From: an uncultured Halobacteriales archaeon
Lineage (GTDB): Archaea; Halobacteriota; Halobacteria; Halobacteriales; Haloarculaceae
Assembly (NCBI GenBank): GCA_964523745.1
Contig: CAZGAX010000002.1
Coordinates: 7,945-71,944, forward strand
Direction of reading: 5' to 3'
DNA: 64,000 nucleotides
The notes under the pieces are model-generated. The model had not been told where the DNA came from and searched no databases. It saw only the letters and a list, made by a program, of their open reading frames with translations. The position numbers and the translations under genes were made by a program. Below are positions 1 through 9,487 of the stretch, piece by piece (positions within the stretch are counted from its first letter, which is position 1; each line of letters opens with the position of its first letter).

Positions 1-226
1 CCGTCGCGCCGTCCGCGACGTCGTCGAGGTCGAACTCCACGATGGCCAGCGTGTTCGGCTCCCGGACGCCCGGCGGCGTCGCCGTGCTGGTCGTCCAGGT
101 GACCACCTCGCCGGTCCGGTCTGCGAGGTCGACGAAGTCGTCCTGGTGGCGGCCGCAGGTGGGACAGCGTGGATGCGGCGGGTAACTGACGTGGCCGTCG
201 GGACAGACGCCTGCTTCCAGCGTCAT
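1..226 (-). CDS. Zn-ribbon/OB-fold (DUF35-type) partner subunit of the thiolase; 3' end cut by the window edge
   Basis: Manual minus-strand translation from ATG at 226 gives MTLEAGVCPDGHVSYPPHPRCPTCGRHQDDFVDLADRTGEVVTWTTSTATPPGVREPNTLAIVEFDL. It has a CxxC ribbon followed by OB-like strands. There is an ATGA start/stop overlap with the upstream thiolase ORF. Confidence 0.7.
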   Translation of the reverse strand, partial: MTLEAGVCPDGHVSYPPHPRCPTCGRHQDDFVDLADRTGEVVTWTTSTATPPGVREPNTLAIVEFDLDDVADGAT

Positions 227-1374
227 CGTGCGGCCTCCATGATCGTGGTGGTGATGCAGTTGCCAAAGCCACCGACGTTACACGCCAGGCCGACGTCGGC
301 GTCGACCTGCCGCGGCCCGGCCTCGCCGACCAGCTGTTCGTAGATCTCGACGGCCTGGGCCACGCCGGAGGCGCCGAGCGGGTGGCCCTTGGACTTGAGT
401 CCGCCGGAGGTGTTGACCGGCAGGTCGCCGTCTTTCGCCGTTTCGCCGTCCATCGCCAGTTTCCAGGCCTCGCCCTGGTCGGCCACGCCGATGCCCTCCA
501 GCTGGAGGAATTCGAGGATGGTGAACATGTCGTGGAGTTCGGCCACGTCCAGGTCGTCGGGGCCGACGCCGGCCATCTCGTAGGCCTGCCGGCTGGACTC
601 GACGACCCCGTTCATGACCGTCGGGTCGTCGCGTTCGTGGACGACCTGGGTGTCGGTGGCGCCAGCGACCCCCGAGACGACCGCGTAGTCCGTTCCGAGG
701 TCCTGTGCCCGTTCCTCGGTGGTGAACAGCAGGGCCGCGCTGCCGTCGGTGACCGGGCAGAAGTCATAGAGGCGTAGCGGGTCGGCGATGATCGGACTGT
801 CCAGGATCGTCTCGACGTCGACTTCCTTCTGGAACTGCGCCTTGGGGTTGTCGACGCCGTTGCGGTGGTTCTTCGCGGCGACTCGTGCCAGGCTCTCGCG
901 GGGTGCCTCGAACCGCTCGAGGTAGTTCCGGGCCGTGAGCCCGGCGAACGACGGGAGCGTGACGCCGTGTTTGTACTCGTCCGGATGGGTGATCGAGGCG
1001 ATGATGTCTGTGGACTCGCCGGTCGTCTTGTGAGTCATCTTCTCGCCGCCGACGAGCATCGTCGTCTCGCTGGCTCCCGACGCGATCGACTGCCAGGCGG
1101 CGTAGATTCCGGCGCCGCCGGAGGCGGAGGTCTGGTCGACCCGCTGGGTGTAGGCAGGCATCGCACCCAGGTCGTGGGCCAGGGAGTTCATCACCCCCGT
1201 CTGTCCCTCGAACTCGCCGCTCGTCATGTTCGCGGTGTAGAGGTGGTCCAGGTCGCTCGGTTCGACGCCGGCGTCCGCGAGGCAGGCCTCGCCGGCCTCC
1301 GCCAGGAGGTCGCGGATCCATGCGTCGCGCTGTCCGAACTTCGTCATTGCCGCACCGATGATAGCTACTCGCAT
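223..1374 (-). CDS. Thiolase-like protein (archaeal acetyl-CoA acetyltransferase / beta-ketothiolase catalytic subunit)
   Basis: 383-aa ORF. The N-terminus MRVAIIGAAMTKFG and C-terminal GLACNVGGFGN are typical of archaeal thiolase-fold proteins. It is translationally coupled to the DUF35-type ORF. Confidence 0.85.
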   Translation of the reverse strand: MRVAIIGAAMTKFGQRDAWIRDLLAEAGEACLADAGVEPSDLDHLYTANMTSGEFEGQTGVMNSLAHDLGAMPAYTQRVDQTSASGGAGIYAAWQSIASGASETTMLVGGEKMTHKTTGESTDIIASITHPDEYKHGVTLPSFAGLTARNYLERFEAPRESLARVAAKNHRNGVDNPKAQFQKEVDVETILDSPIIADPLRLYDFCPVTDGSAALLFTTEERAQDLGTDYAVVSGVAGATDTQVVHERDDPTVMNGVVESSRQAYEMAGVGPDDLDVAELHDMFTILEFLQLEGIGVADQGEAWKLAMDGETAKDGDLPVNTSGGLKSKGHPLGASGVAQAVEIYEQLVGEAGPRQVDADVGLACNVGGFGNCITTTIMEAAR

Positions 1375-1398
1375 TGATTGGATTGGTGTAGTGGGTAG

Positions 1399-1821
1399 TC
1401 AGAAGCCGGTTCGTGCTGCCGCCGTCCACTCGTCGCCGGGTTCGACGCCCGTCTGCCAGCGGCCGGCGTCGCCGCCGTCGAGGCGACCGGCGAGGCGCCA
1501 CTCGTCGGCGTACTCGGGTTCGGCGGCCGCCGCTGCAGCCACCGCGGCCCGCCGACGGTCGGTGAGATGGGCGCCGATGGCCGCGGCGATGGCGGCAGCC
1601 TCGGCAGCCGTCGCGTCGGCCGGGACGGCTAGCGTGGCCGCGTCGTCGACGGTGAGAGTGATATCGGCCCCGGTCGGCCCCGGTCGGTCGGGGTCGGGCG
1701 TGGACGGACCGGGCGAGTCGGTCTGGTCGGTCGATTCGGCCTGGTCGGGCGTCTCGGACGAGTTGGTCCGCGTGGTCGCGTCGGTTCGGTCGGAGTGGTC
1801 ATCGGTTTCGAGGAGTTGCAT
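1399..1821 (-). CDS. Small acidic protein downstream of pccB, possibly an acyl-CoA carboxylase small (PccX/epsilon-like) subunit
   Basis: Internal start MQLLETDD at 1821 lies 1 nt from the pccB stop (1823). The protein has an acidic low-complexity N-terminus and an Ala-rich C-terminus. Assignment rests mainly on position next to the carboxyltransferase. Confidence 0.45.
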   Translation of the reverse strand: MQLLETDDHSDRTDATTRTNSSETPDQAESTDQTDSPGPSTPDPDRPGPTGADITLTVDDAATLAVPADATAAEAAAIAAAIGAHLTDRRRAAVAAAAAAEPEYADEWRLAGRLDGGDAGRWQTGVEPGDEWTAAARTGF

Positions 1822-1822
1822 A

Positions 1823-3412
1823 TCAGAGCGGGATGTTTCCGTGGTCTTTCGGCGGCGAGTCGGCCCGTTTGCGCTGGAGAACCTCCAGGTCGTCAATCAG
1901 GCGTTTCCGGGTGTCTTTCGGCTCGATGACGTCGTCGACGTAGCCCCGCCTGGCGGGGCCGAAGGGGTGGGCGAACTCCTCGCGGAAGTCGTCCATGAGT
2001 TCCTGGCGCTTTGCCTCGGTGTCCTCGGCCGCCTCGAGTTCGTCCCGGAACAGGATGTTGACGGCCGCCCGGGGGCCGACGACGGCCATCTCCGCGCCGG
2101 GCCAGGCGTAGTTGACGTCGCTGCCCAGGAACTTCGAGGACATGACGATGTAGGCGCCGCCGTAGGCCTTTCTGACGACTACCGAGAGCAGCGGCACGGT
2201 CGCCTCGGCGTAGGCGTAGATCAGCTTCGCCCCCCGGCGGATGACGCCCTGGTGTTCCTGGTCCGTTCCGGGCATGAACCCCGGGACGTCGACGAGCGTC
2301 ACGATGGGGAGGTTGAACGAGTCACAGAACCGGACGAACCGGGCGGCCTTCTCGGCGGCCTCGCTGTCCAGCGTCCCGGCGTTCACGTTGGGCGAGTTGC
2401 CGACGACGCCGACCGGCCGGCCGTCCAGCCGGGCGAAGCCGACGACGACGTTGCGGGCCCACCGGCGCTGGACCGGCAGGAACGAGCCGTCGTCGACGAT
2501 GCGTTCGACGACGTGCGTCATGTCGTAGGGTTTGCGCGGCGCCTGGGGCACGACGTCCCCGACCTCCGGGATCTCGCGGTCCGGGTCGTCCCACGGCTCG
2601 ACGCGCGGCGGGTCCTCGACGTAGTTCCGGGGCAGGTACGATAGCAGCATGCGGATGCGGTCCAGCGCCTCCTCCTCGGTGTTACAGGCGAAGTGGGCGA
2701 CGCCGGAGGTACCGGTGTGGGCGTCGGCGCCCCCGAGTTCGGCCTTGGAGACCTGCTCGCCGGTGACGGTCTCGACGACGTCCGGGCCCGTGAGGAACAT
2801 GTGGCTGGTGTCCCGGACCATCACCGTGAAGTCCGTCAGCGCGGGGCTGTAGGTCGCCCCGCCGGCACAGGGCCCCATGATGGCCGAAATCTGCGGGATC
2901 AGGCCGCTTGCTTGCGTGTTGCGCTGGAATATTTTGGCGAAGCCGGCCAGGGCGTCGACGCCCTCCTGGATGCGGGCCCCGCCGGAGTCGTTCAGCCCGA
3001 CGACCGGGACGCCGGCCTCCATCGCCCGGTCGTAGACCTTGGAGACTTTGTCTGCGACCGCCTCGCCCACCGACCCGCCGAGGACGGTGAAGTCGTGGGC
3101 GTAGACGAACACTGAGCGGCCGTCGACCTCTCCGTGACCGGTGACCACGGCGTCGCCAGGGTAGTGTTTCTCGTCCATCCCGAAGTTCGTCGACCGGTGC
3201 TCGACGAACGTATCGATCTCGGTGAAGGAGTCGTCGTCCAGCAGGTAGTCGATGCGTTCTCTGGCCGTGAGTTTGCCCTTCTCGTGCTGGGCGTCGATTC
3301 GGGCCTGACCGCCGCCGCGCTCGGCAGCGGCCCGGCGCTCGCGGAGTTCCTCGACCGGGTCGGAGCGGGCCGCCTCGTCGGCCGCGTTGGGTTGCTGACC
3401 CACCGTTACCAC
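1823..3412 (-). CDS. pccB: Acyl-CoA carboxylase carboxyltransferase (beta) subunit, propionyl-CoA carboxylase / methylmalonyl-CoA carboxyltransferase type
   Basis: 529-aa ORF with the carboxyl_trans pattern (LNDSGGARIQEG, MGPCAGGATYSPALTDF, GGAYIVM). It overlaps the upstream reductase stop by 7 nt. Confidence 0.9.
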   Translation of the reverse strand: MVTVGQQPNAADEAARSDPVEELRERRAAAERGGGQARIDAQHEKGKLTARERIDYLLDDDSFTEIDTFVEHRSTNFGMDEKHYPGDAVVTGHGEVDGRSVFVYAHDFTVLGGSVGEAVADKVSKVYDRAMEAGVPVVGLNDSGGARIQEGVDALAGFAKIFQRNTQASGLIPQISAIMGPCAGGATYSPALTDFTVMVRDTSHMFLTGPDVVETVTGEQVSKAELGGADAHTGTSGVAHFACNTEEEALDRIRMLLSYLPRNYVEDPPRVEPWDDPDREIPEVGDVVPQAPRKPYDMTHVVERIVDDGSFLPVQRRWARNVVVGFARLDGRPVGVVGNSPNVNAGTLDSEAAEKAARFVRFCDSFNLPIVTLVDVPGFMPGTDQEHQGVIRRGAKLIYAYAEATVPLLSVVVRKAYGGAYIVMSSKFLGSDVNYAWPGAEMAVVGPRAAVNILFRDELEAAEDTEAKRQELMDDFREEFAHPFGPARRGYVDDVIEPKDTRKRLIDDLEVLQRKRADSPPKDHGNIPL

Positions 3413-4149
3413 TCCATCCCGCCGTTGACGCCGAGCACCTGGCCGGTCATGTAGCTCGATTCCTCGCTGGCGACGAACCGGACGATGCCGGTGACGTCCT
3501 CGACCCGGGCGAACCGGTCCAGCGGAACGTCCTGGAGGATCTTCTCCCTGACGCGGTCCGGGACGTGTTCGAGCATGTCGGTCTCGGTGAAACCGGGCGC
3601 AACGCAGTTCGCCGTCGAATTCTCGTGGGCGAGTTCCAGCGCCAGCGTCCGGGTGAAGCCGAACAGGCCGGACTTCGTGGCGGCGTAGTTGGCCTGGCCG
3701 ATGTTGCCCTGCTGGCCGACGACGCTGGAGACGTTGATCAGTCTGCCCGCCTCGGCGTCGCGAACGTCCTCGTAGAACGTCTTCGTGCAGTTGAACACGC
3801 CGCCGAGGTTGACGTCGATGACGCGGTCCCAGTCCTCCCGCGTCATCTCCTCGAAGGTCCGGTCGACGGTGACGCCCGCGTTGTTGACCAGGACGTCCAC
3901 CCGGCCGAAGGCGTCGTGGACCTCCTCGGCCATATCCTGGACGTCGGCCAAGTCGGCGACGTCCGCCTGGACGGCGATGGCGTCACCCCCGGCCGTCTCG
4001 ACGGCGTCGACCGTCGCCATGGCTGCCTCCTCGGACGACCGATAGTTGACGACCACCTCGGCCCCCTCAGCGCCGAGTTCCTGTGCAATTCCACTCCCAA
4101 TTCCCCGTGACGAGCCCGTGACGAGGCACGTCCTATTTGTCAATGACAT
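3406..4149 (-). CDS. Short-chain dehydrogenase/reductase, 3-oxoacyl / acetoacetyl-CoA reductase (FabG/PhaB-like)
   Basis: 247 aa with TGSSRGIG cofactor motif, NNAG, and catalytic S...YAATK. The FabG/PhaB-type C-terminus is GQVLGVNGGMEW. Confidence 0.85.
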   Translation of the reverse strand: MSLTNRTCLVTGSSRGIGSGIAQELGAEGAEVVVNYRSSEEAAMATVDAVETAGGDAIAVQADVADLADVQDMAEEVHDAFGRVDVLVNNAGVTVDRTFEEMTREDWDRVIDVNLGGVFNCTKTFYEDVRDAEAGRLINVSSVVGQQGNIGQANYAATKSGLFGFTRTLALELAHENSTANCVAPGFTETDMLEHVPDRVREKILQDVPLDRFARVEDVTGIVRFVASEESSYMTGQVLGVNGGMEW

Positions 4150-4399
4150 ATATCTGAGCTGATGCCAGTCGTAACGTGACTTCCGGGCGTGTTCGTCTGT
4201 CGATGCGATTCCTCTCGAAGAGACGAGAGACGACCAGGTCGACGACGGCGACCGATGCCTCGACGAGGACGAACGAAACCCGAACGTCCGTTTCGTAGTA
4301 CTTCCTCGGTGAATATCAAGGCTGGCCCTCCGGGCAGTATTCGCGGGATCAGTTCAGTACCTCCCCGTCGGGAGCGAGCGGTCGGAGCGCCGTCCGCCG

Positions 4400-4615
4400 T
4401 CACCGTCCCTCCCGGGCCGCCTCGAGCGACGCGACGAAGCCGTAGTAGGCGACGACGCCCGCCGCCATCGTCAGGTAGTAGGCCCACTGCGGTCCCCCCA
4501 ACACGTCGAAGACGACCGTGACGACCGTCACCCAGGCGACGGCGAACGCCAGGTCGAACACCAGGCCGCTGCGGTGTTTGCGAACGTACGATACGAGGTC
4601 GTCGACGGGTGACAT
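4400..4615 (-). CDS. Small 2-TM membrane protein, unknown function
   Basis: 71 aa with two hydrophobic helices (FDLAFAVAWVTVVTVVF, YYLTMAAGVVAYYGFVA). Its start is 3 nt after the usp stop, making it the last gene of the acs-symporter operon. Confidence 0.5.
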   Translation of the reverse strand: MSPVDDLVSYVRKHRSGLVFDLAFAVAWVTVVTVVFDVLGGPQWAYYLTMAAGVVAYYGFVASLEAAREGR

Positions 4616-4617
4616 CG

Positions 4618-5088
4618 TCAGTCCCCGTCGTACAGCGTGTCGTCGTCGACGACGAGCACCGGCAGGCTCGTCCGTCGCAGGACTTTCTCGGCCACGCTAC
4701 CGAGCAGGGCCCGCGAGAGGCCGGAGCGACCGTGCGACCCCATCACGACAAGGTCGACGTCGGCGTCGTCGACGAACTTCCGGATGGCGCGTGCCGGTTC
4801 GCCCACCCGGACGTGCTCCTCGACGGGGACGCCGCGTTCCTCGGCGGCCGCTGCGACGTAGCCGGTCGCCTCGTCGGCCGCTTCTTTCACCTCGGGCATC
4901 TCGTCGAGGTGGCCCTGCCGGAGTCGGTCGACCTGCTCGGTGCCCAGCCCGTAGCTCGTCGCGTCGACGTCGATGACGTAGAGGGCGTGGACCGTGGCCC
5001 CGTACTTCTCGGCCAGGTCGACCGCGTGGTCGACCGCGACTTCCGAGGTTTCGCTGCCGTCCGTCGGAACGAGGATGTTGTCGTACAT
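4618..5088 (-). CDS. Universal stress protein (UspA family)
   Basis: 156 aa: MYDNILVPTDGSE ... VVMGSHGRSGLSRALLGSVAEKVLRRTSLPVLVV, the classic Usp ATP-binding C-terminus. Confidence 0.85.
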   Translation of the reverse strand: MYDNILVPTDGSETSEVAVDHAVDLAEKYGATVHALYVIDVDATSYGLGTEQVDRLRQGHLDEMPEVKEAADEATGYVAAAAEERGVPVEEHVRVGEPARAIRKFVDDADVDLVVMGSHGRSGLSRALLGSVAEKVLRRTSLPVLVVDDDTLYDGD

Positions 5089-5091
5089 GGG

Positions 5092-6789
5092 TCAGTCGTC
5101 CGCAGGGGTCTCGCCCCCGTCGGTGCTCACGACGTCCGCTGCCGTACGGTGCTGGCCCATCGGCTCCGGGCTGTGACACTGCCGGACCATCTGCTTGGTG
5201 TCCTGTGGCGGTTCGCTCGTCGCCAGCGAGACGACGATGGTGACGACGAAGACGACCGGCGTGGCGATCAGCGCCGACCCGATTGCCGGCATCCAGGTCG
5301 CCAGCGCCGGCCACAGCGTCTCGCCGCCGAAGAAGCCGTAGGTCGGCACGACTTCGTTTATCATCGGGATGGCCCACAGCACGAGGCCGGTGGTCATGCC
5401 GGCCAGCGCGCCCTGTCGGTTGGTGTTCTCCCACCACATGCCGAGGAAGAACATCGGGAACAGGACGGCGCCGGCCAGCGAGAACGCGTAGGCCACCAGG
5501 GCCGCGATGGGGGCCGCCGGGTCGAGCGCCGCCAGCGTCGTGATGACGCCGAGGGCGATGATGCTCAGGCGGCCGACCAGCACCTGCTGGCGCTGGGTTG
5601 CGTCCTCGTTGATGATGTTTGCGTAGATGTCGTGTGAGATGGCAGACGAGCCGGCGATGAACAGGCCGGCGACCGTCGCGATGGCGGCGGCGATGCCGCC
5701 GGCGGCGACGAAGCCGACCAGCCACGTCGGCAGGTTCGACAGCTGGGCCGCCAGCACGACGATGACGTCGGCTGCGGCACTCGCCATCCCGGGGTCGCCG
5801 TACACCGGGGCGACGTTCTCGGCGTAGAGGTCGGTGCCGAACGCCGCCATTGCGGGGGCAGACCAGTAGAGCAGACAGATGAAGAACAGCCCCCAGACGG
5901 TCGACCAGCGGGCGGTCCGCTCGTTCTCGACGGTGTAGAAGCGGACCAGCACGTGGGGCAGGCCGCACGTGCCGACGATCAGCGAGAAGCACGTCGCGAT
6001 CCAGAGGTAGTAGCTGTCGAAGCTGGCGAACGGCTCGGAGAACTCCGCCGCCAGCGAGTCGATCAGGGCGCCGTACTCCAGCTGGGGGATGACCGTCGAG
6101 TAGCCGTTCACCCAGCCGACGACCCAGACGCCCACCAGGAACGCGGTGATGAGGATGACGTACTGGACGGCCTGGTTCTTGGTCGCGCCCAGCATCCCGG
6201 AGAGCGTGAGATAGAACACCGTCAACGCCATCATCAGTATCACCATCACCTGGTAGCCGGTCAGGCCGGCGACGCCGAAGTCCCCGAAGATGTACAGCCC
6301 GACCAGCGCCATGCCGCGGGCCTGGCCGATGGCGTAGACGAAGCCGATGAGGAACGTCGTCACCGCGGCGATGGCTCTCGCGGTGTCGGAGTTGAAGCGG
6401 TCGCCGACGAAGTCCGGCGCGGTGTACTTCCCGAACCGCCGAAGCTGGGCGGCCAGGAAGATCAGGATGATGAAGTAGCCCGTCGTCCAGCCGACGACGA
6501 ACGCCAGGCCGTACAGTCCTGCCGTGGCGATCAGCGCCGCCATCCCGAGGTATGACGCGGCTGACATCCAGTTCGACCCGATGGCCATGCCGTTCTCGAC
6601 GTTGCCGATCGAGCGGCCGGCGACCCACATGCCCTCGGTGTCGGCCACCTTGAACACGTAGCCGATGACGAGGAAGAGCAGCAACATTGCCGAGACGAGC
6701 AGCGCCGGGACGGGCTTGAACGAGATGTTCAGCCCCTCCGGCAGGAGTCCCTCCTGCAGGACGACGCCTGCGGCGAGCGTGGCGCTCAC
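5092..6789 (-). CDS. Sodium:solute symporter family permease (acetate/monocarboxylate ActP-like)
   Basis: 565 aa and multi-TM throughout. SSS-type sequence, an overlapping upstream DUF4212-type small subunit, and an adjacent acs support the call. Confidence 0.8.
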   Translation of the reverse strand: MSATLAAGVVLQEGLLPEGLNISFKPVPALLVSAMLLLFLVIGYVFKVADTEGMWVAGRSIGNVENGMAIGSNWMSAASYLGMAALIATAGLYGLAFVVGWTTGYFIILIFLAAQLRRFGKYTAPDFVGDRFNSDTARAIAAVTTFLIGFVYAIGQARGMALVGLYIFGDFGVAGLTGYQVMVILMMALTVFYLTLSGMLGATKNQAVQYVILITAFLVGVWVVGWVNGYSTVIPQLEYGALIDSLAAEFSEPFASFDSYYLWIATCFSLIVGTCGLPHVLVRFYTVENERTARWSTVWGLFFICLLYWSAPAMAAFGTDLYAENVAPVYGDPGMASAAADVIVVLAAQLSNLPTWLVGFVAAGGIAAAIATVAGLFIAGSSAISHDIYANIINEDATQRQQVLVGRLSIIALGVITTLAALDPAAPIAALVAYAFSLAGAVLFPMFFLGMWWENTNRQGALAGMTTGLVLWAIPMINEVVPTYGFFGGETLWPALATWMPAIGSALIATPVVFVVTIVVSLATSEPPQDTKQMVRQCHSPEPMGQHRTAADVVSTDGGETPADD

Positions 6790-7190
6790 TGGCGGTCACC
6801 CCCGTCGGTCGCGGCGACGTCCTCGCTGCCACCACCGGCAGCGGCTTCCTCGGCCGGGGCGTGGTCGATGCCGTACTTCTCGTCCAGGGCGTCGCGCTTC
6901 CGGGAGTACCAGAACGCGAGGATCAGTGCCCCGGTCGGGCCGCCGATGGCGATCAGGAAGTAGTGCAGCGGGAAGTCGAGCACCGGCATCTGCGTCGACA
7001 TGGCCTCCGGCGCCAGGAACGTCAGCGTCGGCGGGCCGAAGACGACAACGAACCAGACGGCAAAGCCCGTCCAGACCACCCGGAGGTGGTCCCGCATGAA
7101 CGGCGTGCTCGGGTCCAGGATGTTTATCTCCGTGTCGAGGTAGTCGACGGAACGTTCTTCGCGAGCGGCGACACCGCCGTCTGTCTCCAT
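6786..7190 (-). CDS. DUF4212-type small membrane subunit associated with solute:sodium symporters
   Basis: Internal start METDGGVAAREE at 7190 in the 6786..7697 frame gives 134 aa. Two TM helices are present (VVWTGFAVWFVVVFGPP, YFLIAIGGPTGALILAFWY). ATGA-type overlap with the symporter start. Confidence 0.7.
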   Translation of the reverse strand: METDGGVAAREERSVDYLDTEINILDPSTPFMRDHLRVVWTGFAVWFVVVFGPPTLTFLAPEAMSTQMPVLDFPLHYFLIAIGGPTGALILAFWYSRKRDALDEKYGIDHAPAEEAAAGGGSEDVAATDGGDRQ

Positions 7191-7231
7191 CGAGCGACCC
7201 CCCTCGCTCCCCGTTCCACCCTGGTCCGTCA

Positions 7232-9211
7232 CTAGGATCCACCCCGCACTTTCTTCTCGATTTCCCTGACTATCTCCGGATTGCGCAGCGTGCTGGTGTT
7301 GCCGAGTTCGTCGCCGTTGGCGACGTCCTCGAGGAGGCGACGCATGATCTTGCCCGAGCGGGTCTTCGGGAGTTCCGGCGTGAAGACGACGGCCTCGGGC
7401 CGGGCGATCGGCCCGATCGACTCCTCGACGGCGTCCTCGATCGTGGCACGGAGGTCGTCGCCGGCCTCGTAGCCGTCCTCGGTGATGACGTAGGCGTACA
7501 CGGCCTCGCCTTTCACCTCGTGGTCGCCGCCGACGACTGCGGCCTCGGCGACCCCCTCGACGCCGACGATGGCCGACTCGATCTCCATCGTTCCCAGCCT
7601 GTGGCCGGAGACGTTCACCACGTCGTCCAGCCGTCCCAGGATGGTGAGGTAGCCGTCGTCGTCGATCTTGGCGCCGTCCTCCGGACAGTAGACCCACTCG
7701 TCCGCGTCGGGGTCGGAGTACTTCTGCCAGTACTCCTCGACGAACCGGTCGTCGTTCTTGTACAGCGTTCGCAGCATTCCCGGCCAGGGCTTGTCGACGA
7801 CGAGGTTGCCGGCGTCACCGGCGCCGATCGGCTCGCCCTCGGAGTCGACGACGTCGGCGCTGATCCCCGGCAGCGGCGGCCCGGCCGACCCCGGCTTCAT
7901 CTCGTCGAGGGCCGGCAACGTCGTGATCATCATGCCACCGGTCTCGGTCTGCCACCACGTGTCGACGACCGGACACTCCTCGTTGCCGATGTGTTTGTAG
8001 TACCACTTCCAGGCCCGGGGATTGATCGGCTCGCCGACCGTCCCCAGCAGGCGTAGCGACGAGAGGTCGTGGGCCTCGGGATACTCCTTGCCCCACTTCA
8101 TGAACGCCCTGATGGCGGTGGGAGCGGTGTACAGTTGCGTGACGTCGTAGTCGTCGACGATCTCCCAGAGCCGGTCCTTGTCGGGATAGTCGGGCGTCCC
8201 CTCGTACATCACCGTGGTCGTCCCCAGCGCCAGGGGGCCGTAGACGATGTAGGAGTGGCCGGTGATCCAGCCGATGTCGGCCGAACACCAGTAGGTGTCG
8301 TCGGGCTTGACGTCCAGGACGGCGTGGCTCGTCCAGGCCACGTACGAGAGGTAGCCGCCGACGGTGTGTTTGACGCCCTTGGGCTTGCCGGTCGTCCCCG
8401 ACGTGTACATCAGGAACAGCATGTCTTCGGCGTCGCGGTCGACCGGGTCGACCGAGGCGCCGGCGTTCGCTTCCACCAGGTCGCCGTACCGGTGGTACGT
8501 GTCGCCGGCCGAACCTTCGTAGTCGTCGCCGAGACGCTCGACGACGACCGTCTCGACGTCGTGGGTGGCGTCGGCCAGGCCCTCCTCTGCCTTCGAGAGG
8601 TGGTCCAACGCGTCGCCCCGGCGGTAGTAGCCGTCACAGGTCACCAGGAACGACGAGTCGGCGCTCTCCAGCCGGGTCGCCAGCGCGTCGGCCGAGAAGC
8701 CGGCGAACACCACGCTGTGGGGCGCCCCGATCCGGGCACAGGCCAGCATGGCAACCGGCAACTCGGGAATCATCGGCATGTACATCGTCACGACGTCGTC
8801 CTCGCCGACGCCCAGCTCTCGGAGGCCCGCCGCGAACTCGTTGACCTCGCGGTGGAGTTCCTCGTAGGTGTAGGTCCGCGTCTCGCCAAGTTCGCCGACC
8901 CACTCGATCGCCGCCTCGTCTCCACGGTCGTCGAGGTGGCGGTCGACGCAGTTGGTACAGGCGTTGAGTTCCCCGCCGACGAACCACTCGTAGAACGGCG
9001 CGTCGTCGTCGTTCAGTACCTGGTCGTAGGAGTCCTCCCAGGTTACCAGGTCGGCGGCACGTTCCCACGCCGCCGGCCAGTTCTCGCGGAACTCCTCGCG
9101 TATCGATTCGTCCGTGACGTTCGCCTGCTCGACGAACGTCTCCGGCGGCTCGAACGTGTCCTGCTCGTCGAGCCGTGCCTCGAGGTCACCACCGAGTGCT
9201 TCTTCTGACAT
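7232..9211 (-). CDS. acs: Acetyl-CoA synthetase (AMP-forming)
   Basis: 659 aa with YTSGTTGKPKG AMP-binding motif, WWQTETGG, and C-terminal LPKTRSGKIMRRLL. Confidence 0.92.
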   Translation of the reverse strand: MSEEALGGDLEARLDEQDTFEPPETFVEQANVTDESIREEFRENWPAAWERAADLVTWEDSYDQVLNDDDAPFYEWFVGGELNACTNCVDRHLDDRGDEAAIEWVGELGETRTYTYEELHREVNEFAAGLRELGVGEDDVVTMYMPMIPELPVAMLACARIGAPHSVVFAGFSADALATRLESADSSFLVTCDGYYRRGDALDHLSKAEEGLADATHDVETVVVERLGDDYEGSAGDTYHRYGDLVEANAGASVDPVDRDAEDMLFLMYTSGTTGKPKGVKHTVGGYLSYVAWTSHAVLDVKPDDTYWCSADIGWITGHSYIVYGPLALGTTTVMYEGTPDYPDKDRLWEIVDDYDVTQLYTAPTAIRAFMKWGKEYPEAHDLSSLRLLGTVGEPINPRAWKWYYKHIGNEECPVVDTWWQTETGGMMITTLPALDEMKPGSAGPPLPGISADVVDSEGEPIGAGDAGNLVVDKPWPGMLRTLYKNDDRFVEEYWQKYSDPDADEWVYCPEDGAKIDDDGYLTILGRLDDVVNVSGHRLGTMEIESAIVGVEGVAEAAVVGGDHEVKGEAVYAYVITEDGYEAGDDLRATIEDAVEESIGPIARPEAVVFTPELPKTRSGKIMRRLLEDVANGDELGNTSTLRNPEIVREIEKKVRGGS

Positions 9212-9487
9212 TGCAAGCGAGCAGTGCTGGCGAGACCCCCATAAGTCACGCCGCTAACTTTCGTAATTCTTCATGATATCCTCGGCACCTGGTACCCAAA
9301 AAGAAGAAATCCTTTCCGGTAGCAGGGGAGAACGGGGCGCCTCGCTTATAAAGAAGTCGGGGCGGCCGCGTCCGACCTGTTGTTGCCTTCGAAGGTACCC
9401 ACCGAAAGGTATCGGATGCTCGATACGAGGGCTAACTATCTAGTGTGAACCGTTCCCACGGTCTGATGGGGCACTCGTCCGGCCGGG

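Noticed and set aside
4697-6835. 712-aa ORF on the minus strand, the longest in the area
   Set aside because: It is extremely Arg/Pro/Gly-rich and basic. It sits in an alternative frame of the clearly real symporter and usp genes, a typical high-GC shadow ORF.
6786-7697. 303-aa version of the DUF4212-type ORF (likewise the 492-aa version of the ABC ATPase at 16082..17560 and the 458-aa version of the SbcD-like gene at 25051..26427)
   Set aside because: The upstream extensions are Arg-rich, overlap neighbouring genes or the inverted repeat, and lack homology-like features. Internal starts give proteins of canonical length.
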